The notes under the pieces were generated by a model. It was not told where the DNA came from. It saw nothing but the letters and a program-made list of their open reading frames with translations, and searched no databases. A DNA stretch of 64,000 nucleotides, from the NCBI GenBank assembly GCA_009103225.1, contig RHPI01002888.1:205986-269985 (forward strand), written 5' to 3'. This document shows, in pieces, positions 39,064 through 51,200 of the stretch; positions within the stretch are counted from its first letter, which is position 1, and every line of letters begins with the position of its first letter. This stretch comes from Chlorokybus atmophyticus. Its lineage: Eukaryota; Plantae; Mesostigma and Chlorokybus algae. The position numbers and the translations under genes are program-made.

Positions 39064-39487
39064 GGGGCAAGGTCAGAAACCAGACAGACACACACGTACA
39101 TGCTAACATGTACACGCGCATACACGCATGTGCAGACATACACCTGCACACGCGCGCAAGCGCACCCACCTGTGCAAAACTAGCAGCACACGCACACGCG
39201 CGCGCAATCACACATGCACGCGTGCACGCACTCACAAACATATACACACGTACGCACACGTACAGACGCGTGTTTTGTTTTCTGTGCGCGCACGCACAGA
39301 AGACAACAAAAGTAACAACAAGCGCACACGTGCCAAAGCGCATACGCGTGCAAGCACTCACACGCACAGGCACGCACCTCATCGTATGGGTGTACCACCC
39401 AGAGAGGCAATAGCCCAAGCAGAAGAAGCCGCCCGGCCTCGGATCGGATGATACAGATGTCACACCTGCAGTTCAACACCTCCACCA

Positions 39488-39489
<2 letters not shown>

Positions 39490-39536
<47 letters not shown>

Positions 39537-39625
39537 NNNNNNNNNNNNNNNNNNNNNNNNNNNNNNNNNNNNNNNNNNNNNNNNNNNNNNNNNNNNNNNN
39601 NNNNNNNNNNNNNNNNNNNNNNNNN

Positions 39626-39710
<85 letters not shown>

Positions 39711-39712
39711 CT
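39490..39712. repeat. (CT)n/(CA)n microsatellite around an assembly gap (N 39537-39625)
   Basis: Read directly. Confidence 0.9.
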
Positions 39713-40785
39713 CCTTTGCTTAAACACAACGCCAGCCAGCACCTTAGTCTATGCTATCATTCCATGTTATAACTGCAAGCACAACCCCCACACTGATCAC
39801 CCACATCATCCCCACTTGCCACACAGAGATACCACAAGCAACTTGAATTCAGCGATTTGTTGAGGGGCAACTGGCCGCCAGTCACGTGCGTGCAATGAGC
39901 ATCATCATATAGCAAATTTTTATGTCGTCCCAAAACAACTCGTGCAATGTCAGCCGTAAGCCTTGGCCCTGAAGATCCATCGCAAGGGCTACGCAAAGGC
40001 CACGCCACCCTTCCTCGGCGATATCACACCTACTGCCTGTAGAAAAGCCCGCACTGCAAGCCTCGATATCCATCCAGATCGCACGTGACAGCGTCGGTAG
40101 GCTAACGACTGCGCCGCTAACGATATGCTGCTTAGATCGTTGGCTCGTTGGTTAGTGGTTTCAGAGCAGACTACGCCGTACAGTTCGTGAACTTGAGTTA
40201 CATGCCGTACACCATACTTCGTGAATGGTGACCGACTACCAGGCTGGAGCCCTATTCGAGCCGTACATACAGCTTGTACGTAAAGATTCCCCTCATGTAT
40301 GCCTACACGCAATGCGGAGGCGCCACGCGAAGGCCAGGTTAGCTAAAGCCTACCAAAGTACTGCTTATGTATGTACAGTTCATGCAAGCCCCGTTGACGA
40401 CTCTCCACAGGTCTTGTATAGTCATTGACAGTACTTGAGCCTCATCATAATAGACCATCCATGCACATCCAGGACAGGGCGTGAACTCAGTGGGGTAACA
40501 GTGCTATGCACAATATTCCGAGGATTTTGCGTTAGCACGTTAGTGCGAACGGTAGTTGTTGTGTCGTGTACATTGTGTGTGATGTGACTGACACCACTCG
40601 TGAGCATGTAGTGAGCATGCACTGCATGGCGACAAAGTGGCGGCGGCGGGCGATGCGGACGAGGACATCGACGGTAACGAGGACAACGAGGACAAGGCGA
40701 AGCAGCTGTCATGGGGGAGTAGTAGGTTGAGACAGGGAGCGTGTTGATCTGGGGGAAGGCTTGCAGACGGCTTGCAAGGCTTGAA

Positions 40786-42964
40786 ATGGGCGGCTGTTTG
40801 TCCTGCTGTTCGGGTGGCGCTAAGGGGGCGCAGCAGGAGGAGGCGGGGAAGGGCGGCGGCAAGCAGGACGATAATTTCAGCCACGTCCAGCAGCACGAGG
40901 CTTCCCTCGGGGACGGCCACGTCGCTCTCCTGCGTGACATTCGCCATTTTGAGGCCACTGGACAAGTAAGCTAGAGGCTTTGTTGCATTTGCTTTTCAAC
41001 CCTAATTGCTGGAACGCTGACAGAGACAGCTATCGCAGTTGTGTAGTGTCGCTTGGTTGATTCAACATGTGCAATGCTTAGGTGCCCGCGGGACTATCAG
41101 CCTACTGCCAGTCTAATGTTCCAAAGACTCACGCAGGATGGTGAGTGAGAAATTGTGTGGATGTGTCTTTGCGCAAACAGTGTTGTCCAACAATGCATGC
41201 ATGCAACAAGAGAAACAATGCTTGTGTGTGTATCCCTTTGCTTAAGCACGTCACCACTCTATCTGTCTCTTTCTTGACATGCGTGCGTTCTTGTGTGAGT
41301 ACCGATTGCCTCGCTTTCCGCGCATGTGCAGTGTAACTGTTTGTCGATGCCAACACATGTCGCTGCCTGCTTGCAACAACTGATATTTCCCTTCAAACGC
41401 AAGGTATGGGCGGTTGGCAGCTGTGCTGAGGTCAGCCCAGTATCCCCCACAGACACCCGCGGAGGCCGCCAAGTTCGTCACTGGCGCGCTCGACCGCGTG
41501 CGCAAAGCCAACGTTGCGGTACATGCTGTGTTATTGTTACTGTTGCTGTCATGGTTGCTGTTGTTGTTCGTTGTTGTTGTTGTTGTGGTGGTGGTGGTGG
41601 TTGTCGTCGTTGTTGTCCTTGTATTTGACGTGATGCACATTGCGCAGGGTTTGTTGCAGTACTACAAGTTGCCGCTGCCGAAGAAGTTTGCATCCGACGC
41701 TTCCGCAAGCCCTGCTTCGCCTCCAGCAGGTCAACATTGTGATGGTTCTTGTTGACGGCTGTCTGCATGTTCTCTTTTGCTTGTCAAGGATGCTTACATG
41801 GCTTGTTCCTTTGTTCACTTGGGTTGGGCAGTTGTGGCGGTATTCACAGCGAACTCATACAGACCAGCAACAGTCTCGCCACCTCCTGCATTCTACTCAA
41901 GCTCCAGCAGCACCAACAGCCCAGCCCACACCCTTCATCACAACTACAGCAACCACAACAACAAACCCAACAGCAACCAACACAACAACAACCTCATCAA
42001 GCACGCCTTCCAGGCTCGAACTCTTCCGATTGATGCATTGAGCGTGTCAGATGGGGACACGTTTACAGCATTGGTGGACGTGTTCAAGAACCTTCAGGAG
42101 AGCAAAGTTGTGTCTCAACAAGTGTTGGATGCTGCCAAAGAGTGGGAGGGATGCTACAGGGAGAGGGATCATGTTGGGATGGCGCGCGTGGGGGACTACT
42201 TGCTTCAGAATGGCAACTATCGCATGGTAAAGAGGCCTACTGGGGGGACGACACACAACAAAGCGGTGTTGGCGAGGAAATATAGGGTTAGATTGCGAGG
42301 CATAGACTGCCCCGAGTCCTCGATGAAGCACGGCCCTGAGGCCACGCACGCCCTCAAGGACGTGCTTGTAAACAAGAGCGCTAGGCTGATTGTGTATGAG
42401 ACTGACCAGTACGGGAGGGCTGTCTGCGACGTGTTTGTTGGGAACGCGTTTGTACAGGTGAGCGGCACAGATCGTTGTTGTGTCTTGTGCGTGTGCCTGT
42501 GCGCGTGCCCGCGTGTGCGTGTGTGTGGACCATTATTGTTGTTTGCGCGCAGGAGTCGATGCTGCGTGCCGGGTGGGCGTGGCATTACACAGCTTTTGAC
42601 CAGAGACCAGAGTTTTCTCAGGTGGGTACAACCTTGTCTGCAACTTAACCCAAGCAAGCGTCATGCTGCCTTGTGTAATGTTGAGGGTGCTTGTTCACCA
42701 TACAGCACTGCTCGTTGGCCACATCACCCTTTGGATGTGCACTCATGGATGCTGACTTGCATGTACCGATGCATTCTCATACGTGTACTCATAGTGGGAG
42801 GGGGAGGCGCGGGCGGCCAAGCGTGGTTTGTGGGTTGATCCCAACCCAATCAGACCGTGGGAGTATCGCCGACAACACCGGACAGCTAGGTCCCTATGTT
42901 CCTTGCCTGTGTACGGGAGCTCTAACCAACAGAATGAAGCTCATTCATGTTGCATTGCAGGTGA
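40786..42964 (+). CDS. CAN: Ca2+-dependent staphylococcal-type nuclease (plant CAN1/CAN2 family) with N-terminal acylation motif; 3' end tentative
   Basis: MGGCLSCC (myristoylation/palmitoylation-type start), HVALLRDIRHFEATGQ, GLLQYYKLPLP, VSDGDTFT, RVRLRGIDCPES, DQYGRAVCDVF, ESMLRAGWAWHYTAFD, RGLWVDPNPIRPWEYRR. Confidence 0.92.
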
Positions 42965-45711
42965 ACGGCAAAGGTCCGAGTGATGGCTTAATCGCTACTT
43001 TCTTGACTGTTTTGTACATTATTCTTTCAATGCTGGCTTTGTGGTCAGCGGCACCAAAACTGCACAAAGCACACATTGTGTAAAATTTTGACACAACACT
43101 TGTTGGGTGAGTTGATTGTAGCTTGATAATTGTGGGTGTTAGCATAAGATACGGAGTTAACGAGAGTGTCTTAGTGAAAGTATGGTTGAGGTCAACAGTT
43201 TTTCGTGAGGTATGGGCTAGCAAACTGTTGTCTAATCCTACAAGCCTCATTGATTTCACTTATTCTAACATGTGCGCGTGAGATTCACCTCAAATGTTTG
43301 GCATACCGTGTACTGCACATTGCCAGGCTTACAAGCTGTGGAGAATCTTGATACATCGCATAATTCACATCGCCAAGTACACAGGGTTCAGGTCAATAAA
43401 GTGAAACACACATATTGTCGTGCCGGATACATGTCATGTGTTATATACGATTTGTTGCGCTTAATCAATATTTCCATTCTTTGATAGTAATGTTGCTAAT
43501 CGATACGTGCCCTTTGCAAAATAACATATTTGTCCAGTGCATGATGACGTACTGTAAATGAACATGCTTGGTAATGTTGAAAATGCATCTTGCCTTGTTG
43601 TTGTCTCAAAATAATCATAGCAGATTTCGCGCGCATAAGCTTTAAACAATTACACAAACCTGCATCCGATAGCTGATTTTATGTTAGCGCGTAGACTGAA
43701 ACAGTATTACAGCCCTTAATATGAGCTACTTGCTAAATAATAACTATCTTACTTGGAATGTAAGAACTTCAAAGTTCATTATGTATTGTTGTATCGAGTA
43801 AGTGCAATATGACCATCACAGAGACCAACACCATACGATGTAATTATTGATACGCACATGTACAGTGTTGTAAAATATGAGCACGGCGCTTTTGTTAACA
43901 GCAGCCATTCGGCAAGGTTTTAATGTAGCGGTTGTGCTCGGAACCGTTTTAACTGAATGTATTTGAGCACAATCTTAGTTAACAAAATAGTATGTATCAA
44001 TTTTTGACTGTTATACTATGTGATGAATAATAGCTAGAACTTGGCACAAACGTATTGCAGATGGTTGTATACACGTGTGCACACGTTCAGCAGAAAAGTG
44101 GACACTTCAAGCACATGAGCATGTTGACGTATTAGCAACATGCCGTGTTTCATGAGAAAGCAAAAGGCCCAACTTGCAGTGCCAAGAGTCTTATCGTATA
44201 TTCCCAAGCAAGCTCTCCGCAGTGATAGCGGTGCAACCTTTTCGTGCTTGACGAAAGGTGCATATGCCTCCGAGTGCAACTGACTATTAATGGCAAAACT
44301 GTGGCAAAAGTTATGCAGCATTTCATGCTAAGCTTGATTCAAAATAGCATTGAAGTTTGTCACTTTAAGAGCTTGTACACAATATAGACGCCTGCTTGCT
44401 CATGTCTGCTAGGCTTCGTCGTGCCCACTGATTGCTTGCCCACCCGCCCTGAGCGGGTGCAACGGTCGCATCATGCAACGAGCGGGCGGCGCTTAGTTAG
44501 TGCAAATATGCGTTAGTTGTCGCCCTGCTTTAATTGATATCTTGTTTGCTTGTGACTGTGTTTGTGCATGCACGTGTGATTGTCACGTTGATTAGCTTAT
44601 GCCATACACTTGTGTGATGGTATAACACAAGTGTATAGTAATAATAATATTAATACATCGATCCTACGTGCAAGTACAATAAATTGGTAGTGGGTACAGC
44701 AAGGGATTATAACATACATAACTGATAAACATAGTGGCAAGTATGATTTCACAAATAAATAAATAAACTTTGCGTAACTGTCATGCAACAGATTTTACAA
44801 TACGATCAATCTTTGCAATGATTAGCACTTGTCGCATTATTCCTCCTCCTACTCGGCATCCTCCCTTTGTACAATATCTCAATGCTACTTTGTATGGATG
44901 GTGTCATAGTGCAATTCCACCCACCAACAAGCATTTTTGGCAGGAATTTGCCGATTTATATCCAGAAATTGAACTCTACGAATAGATGATGCTGGCAAAA
45001 TGGCCATTACCGACACTCGCGAGAATTACCGCTATTACCAGTGATAATGATGCAACCTTTAGGGGCTTAGTAAAGGTGCATGCCATTGGGTGCAATCAAT
45101 GATCAATGGCGAAAACCTGACAACAGTTGTATATAATATATTAAGCTAATGCCATAAAGTATCATTGACCGAGAGCAATGAAGAGAAATTATATACATAT
45201 AACATTATACAATGTTATTTACTGACAAATGAAGCAATGATAAAGCAATTTTGTATACAAATGGAGTATATACGTAGAGTATACATAAATATAAAATGTA
45301 TGCGGCTTAGCGAAAGGTGCATGCCTCTTAGTGCAATTGACACTTGATGGCAATACCGTAGTAAAAGTTGTGCATATTATGCTAAGTCAATAACATCATT
45401 AATTGACAACACGACGAGATATTACCTATATGCGACGCTAAAAATTGTTATTTTTTGTTGAATTAACGATGATTACTACTTTTAAAAGCAAATTCGTATA
45501 CACATAAAGTAGAGCGTTTTAAGAACATGACTTATGTATGATGATTGATATAGTCGTAATTATACCCAATCACCTTGAAGTAATGTCCTTGAGAAGATCA
45601 TGACCATTTTACCATGATAGTATGGTTGACAGATTGAAAACATTCACGATGGCATTGTCAATGACAATGCCATCGTGAATGTCATTAAAAACACCTTTAC
45701 GCTGAGGATTA

Positions 45712-46098
45712 GGGTAAATTCACACCGTTTTCCTGTTCCGTTTTCTGTAACGGAGGAACAGCAGATTGTACCCATATTCGCACTCAGCCTCTCCGTTCCG
45801 TTTGGTGAACTACAATCAGCGCCAGTTGCGGCCCATATTTTGCCAGGTCAGTACAATGCAAAACCTTTGCCGCCAAACTCTGACACCTAGCGCATTGCGC
45901 CGACAAAGTTTTCGTTAGTATAGGCCTACCTACCCCCACCTTTATTCTCCGTCACATAAACGGAGTCGTTGTGGTTTCCGGAGACCAAAATGGCGAATGC
46001 GAATGCAAGTTTCGCAAAAGTTTCTGTTTTGGTATTTGCCGTCAAGTGGGTTGCAAAAACGGAACGGAGGCCGAAAAACGGCAAGTGTGAATGTACCC
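45712..46098. mobile_element. PIF/Harbinger (Tourist-like) MITE, 387 bp
   Basis: TIRs GGGTAAATTCACAC / GTGTGAATGTACCC (13 of 14 match), TTA target duplication at 45709-45711 and 46099-46101, internal inverted ctccgttccgttt / aaacggaacggag motifs. Confidence 0.8.
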
Positions 46099-48265
46099 TT
46101 ATGGACTATGTAATGGTACACATCCCCTCCAATAGCTGACGGGAATTAGCAGGTTTCGCCACTCACCGAATGGACGACCTCCGGTGCAACCTGTCTAGCC
46201 TCTGGCGGAATCCGAAACGGCGAACCCCACGCGTTGCACCGCTATCACTGGCAACGGTGACCGTGCTAGCACGTGACGTGACCATGCAAGCTATGAGCGC
46301 TGCAACGGTCATGTCCCTGGTGTTACTTGCTTGCGTCAGAATGTGGCCACCGTACGAGAGACCTGGATTCGCCCCATACTGTTGGCGCAAATTGCGGAGC
46401 CTGCTATTATCTCAAATGGTCACGTTTGTACAACAGTCAACTCAATAACATGATGGGACCTTGAACCACCCATGTCTCGGTACATGTACCGTAGCCTACA
46501 GTGTGTAGATAGGCCTGATTGGTTTGATGCGACTTACAATTGCAACTGAAGCGCTTGTCGGCGCAGCTTTTGTCTCCACTGGCGGGTTGTCACCTTTGGC
46601 GTCACGCGCGTAATTGCCTATCGGTCGGGACATCGCATGCTGACCGGCATTGCTACCCTGCTCAGGCCGGGATTGTGCTGCCAGTAAGGCTGGCAGATTT
46701 CGTACGTGGCCGAATGATGAACTGGGCCTTTGTCTGGCGTGATGATTGTGATGGTTGTTTGGGACCAAAATAGTCAAAAAGTGTATCAGATCGTACAGCC
46801 GTGACAGCCGTGGAATATTTTCTTTTCTGCATAGAACAGCTGTTAGGGCTAGCGGATCTAAATGTGAGCGACTGCGGCATGGAGGGAAGTAACAATTCAA
46901 ATTATGTTCCCTGTTCCCATTTGCTGCTCATAATCTAGTGTCAAGCGGTCGTTTTCCCTTACCCATGTTCCGGGATTGGATAGGCTATGCCAAAAAGAGC
47001 GTCATGATGAGCGCACACAGCGGCGCATCACACTTGTGTGTTTGTGCGTGTGTCACGCAGATGCAGGCACAAACACACTGTGTCACACGGTGTGACACAC
47101 ACGTGTGTGGGTACATCTTTGTGACTAGCATGCACGCAAGCAGTAGGGCCACACGTAGTCGGGCCGTGTACAGGCACGGGGTTGGCCACCTGTGTGCACC
47201 GAGAGGGACTAGGCCTTCAACCTTTTTCAATTGACAAGACCCTTGAGCACTTGTCTAGCTCAGCGCCATCATGCATGTCAATTGCTTCAAGACATTCATG
47301 CATTCATGCGCGGTACTTCTTGTTTGCCTGGCCAGTCACATCAGTGCATGCATCAACCGCACCAGTCTTGTCCCAAAAGCTCAATCTATCCTCGCATTGT
47401 GTACACTATTATCCATAAACAGCCCGCTTCAGCCCTCTTGCTCTCTCAAGGCATGCACATAGGCCTGTGGGTTTGTCGTAGGATAGATAGTGTACCGGAA
47501 AAGAGGTGTAAGCGGCGGCAATGTGTACGCTAGCGCTGTGGATTGACGAGTTGGGGGGAGGCATTGTAGTCTAGAAAGGGAGAGAGAGAGTGTGAGGAAG
47601 CGAGGGGAAGGAGTTGTCTTGTGTTGGGTGGGAGGCCTTGGGTTAGGCCACGTGGAGGTACAACCTGCTGCAGACGGCAGTGGGCGGCGGCAGTGGGTAA
47701 CAGGTGCGTGCGTGCATGTGTGTGTAGCATTGAGGGAGTCAAGAAGGTGCTGCTGTGCGTCGCCATTGTGCGTCGTCGCGTGCATACATGCGATTTTGCA
47801 ATATAGGAACAGAACAGCTTGTCAAGCACTCGCCAATTAGGCATTCTATCACACCTGTAGACTAAGGTTTGGACCCGACACTACCCGGTGTGGGTGGGTG
47901 TGTGGGGGAGAGAGGGGGGNNNNNNNNNNNNNNNNNNNNNNNNNNNNNNNNNNNNNNNNNNNNNNNNNNNNNNNNNNNNNNNNNNNNNNNNNNNNNNNNN
48001 NNNNNNNNNNNNNNNNNNNNNNNNNNNNNNNNNNNNNNNNNNNNNNNNNNNNNNNNNNNNNNNNNNNNNNNNNNNNNNNNNNNNNNNNNNNNNNNNNNNN
48101 NNNNNNNNNNNNNNNNNNNNNNNNNNNCGCACACACCGTGCTATAGTTCTTGTTGACACAAGTGCATGCATAGAACATGCCCAACCCACTTCGCACACGC
48201 CTCACTTGCAGCTTACACTCGTCTGCAGGTTGCCGCAAGCCGCAATCTGTACACTGCACTGCACA

Positions 48266-51200
48266 ATGACACTTCGACGCCACCAAGCAACGATATCCCT
48301 TCTATCCCTCCTCTTCCTCTTCTTCACCCTCTTCGTCACCCTCACCCTCGCCCAACCCGCCAAGAGCCCCACTCCCGTCCCGACCAAATGCCCGGGATAC
48401 AACAACGCCACCCTCCAACGCTGGTCTGAGGTGAGACACACATGCAGAGGTGTACACCAGGGCACACTCACAGTCACACTCACATGCACACACGCCGACA
48501 CTCATATGCTAACGCAGCAAAGTTTGCACACGCACAATTGCATGCACGAACACGCACACACCTACACGCGCATACACTCAACACGCATGTATCTCCTCCA
48601 GCGGTTCGGCCCCCGCGCCTACTACTACTCCCGCATCACCATCCCCCCCAACACTCATCTCCTCTTCGACCTCGGTTGGTTGTGGGCGAAAGGCGGTTTA
48701 GTCATCTCTCCCGGTGCCTCGCTTATAGTGGAAGATGCGAGGGACAGCGGGATCAAGGCAGACTTCGTCGCGGTGTACGGGGCGTTGCAAGTTGGCGCCG
48801 AGAACTGTCCGTTCAGACACAAGTTCCAGTTTGTGTTGGATGGGAATGCGACGGCGCCGGAGGCGTTCGCTGGACAGAAGGTGGGGGTGGGGAGGTTGTT
48901 GTTGCTGGTGGTGGTGACGTTGTTTGTCATGGTGGTGTGTGTGTGCATGTGCGCGTTTCTGTGTGTGTGAGTGTGCATATGTGCGCGCGCAAGCGTGTAC
49001 GTGCGTCGGTATCTGAATACATGCGTCCGTGTGCGTGTGCATGTCCACCCATAAGCATGCGCGTGTGGCCATGCGTGCGCACGCATACACATACATATGC
49101 TTCTCTGCAAGCACGCGCTGGTGCATGCGTCTAGGTCTGTCTCACCCACTCCCTCTCTCACTCACTCACCCTCTCTCCCTCTCCCTCTCCCTCTCTCTCC
49201 CCTCCCAGTGTCTCGCGGTCCTCTCCGGCGGTTCCCTCGACCTCCACGGTTCCAAAGGCCTCCTCTCCCCGTACTCCCGTCTTTCAGCAACCGCTGTTGC
49301 CGGGTCAGCCAGGTTGCAGCTTGCTAACCCCATCACTGGGGTGGCGGCGGGAGACGTGGTCGTGGTGGGGAGCACGGACTATGACCCGGGACAGGCGGAA
49401 GAGGTGAGAGAGGGGGTGTTGACTGGGGTGTGGGCGTGCGTGTGTGGGTGTGCACTTGCATGATGCGCAGGCGTGTGGACGCACCCACGCCTGCGTATCA
49501 GGCTGTGACTCTGCGCGTGTGCATGTTGAAAGATAACGCGGAGGTATGCTGTTTTGTATACAGTGTATCTGACTCTTATGCACTGCACTGTGACACACAT
49601 CGCAGGTGCGCGTCACTCAAGTTATCAGCCCCACACTATTAGCCATCAAGCCTCCCCTCCAGTACCTCCACTACGGCGAGGTACCCCTCACCCCAACACG
49701 TTACACCTTCTTGTCCAACACAACATGATCCCCAAACCCACTCACACAGGTCACCTTCGGCGTGGACGAGCGCGCCTCCGTGGCCCTCCTCTCCCGCTCC
49801 ATCCGCGTCGGGGCGCCGATCGACGCAAACGAGTCGACCTTCGGCGCGCACATGATTGCGATGAAGGGGTTCGCGGCCGTGAGGGTGGAAGGGGTGGAGG
49901 TGGTGAATGGGGGCCAGGGGAATCTGATCGGGAGGTGAGAGAAAGGAGGGGGAGTTATACATGTGCGCGTACGTGCGTATGAGAGCATGTCTATGCGTGC
50001 GTGTGCATATGCGTGCGTGCGTGCGTGTGTATGGAAACACGCATGCATGCATACGCACATGCACGCGCCTGTGACCACAGATGCGCATACCTTCGTGCAT
50101 ACGTGCGCGCGTATCATCATACACGCACGTTGCACACATGCCAACACATCTCACACGACTCACACTAGCATCACTCCCACCTCTCTCAGGTACCCTTTCC
50201 ACTTCCACCTCTGCGAGTGGGCCCCCGACGGCACGTACCTCCGCGACAACTCGGTTTACCGCTCCAACTTCCGCGCCTACACCATCCACGGCACGCAGAA
50301 CGTCCTCTTGCAGCGCAACATCGCCTACCGCGCACCCGGTAAGGGAGTGATGAGATGAGTGTATACGTGTGTGTGGGGGTGTGTGTGCTGATGGTGTGGT
50401 TGTGTCTCAAAGGACATGCGTTCTTCCTGGAGGATGCGTCGGAGTTTGGGAACATCCTGGACTCAAACTTGGCGATATCGACGGTGGCGAAGACCACGGG
50501 AGCGAGGCTGGGGTCGGACTTGCCGGGGAACTCCGTCTCTGGCTTCTGGATCACGAGTGAGTGGTGTTGTGGGAGAGTGTCTGTGCGTGTGGGTTTGCTT
50601 GTGGAGTTCATGTGAGTGTGTGTGGGTGGCGAGCACCCCCCGCACACTCGGTTGCACACTTGTGTGAATGCATGCGCGTAAGTGTGTATGCGCGCATGCA
50701 TGAGTGTGGACACCGACCAACGTCAGCAAGCATGCCACGAACGATAATATATAACAACGCGTGTCACAACAGATGCCAACAACAGCTTCACGAACAACAT
50801 CGCTGCCGGCTCCGAAGGCGCCGGCTTCTGGTTCCAAGTAAGCATGTACATACATGTGCATGTTCATACATGTGCATGTTCCCCCTCACCCCCNNNNNNN
50901 NNNNNNNNNNNNNNNNNNNNNNNNNNNNNNNNNNNNNNNNNNNNNNNNNNNNNNNNNNNNNNNNACCCCCACCCCAACATTTCCCCACACCCACATTCCC
51001 CCAGGTCCGTCAATCCGTGGAGGGTCTCTCCTCCCTCTTCCCCCTCTACTCCGGCTACCAACCCAACCAGGCTCCCTGGGCCTCCTTCCGCAACAACGTC
51101 GCGCACTCCACCCTCAGGGGACTCAACCTCGAGGGGGGACTGTTCGACGACAAGGACGTCATACCGGCACCGGGAACGCCGATAAAGCACTCGTACTTGG

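Noticed and set aside
45020-45070. ITSDN as a hAT transposase or integrase catalytic motif
   Set aside because: Only a five-residue match with no flanking DDE context, and it recurs as part of a degenerate repeat.
46163-46900. Short ORFs downstream of the MITE
   Set aside because: No recognisable motifs, codon bias or splice-consistent extension.
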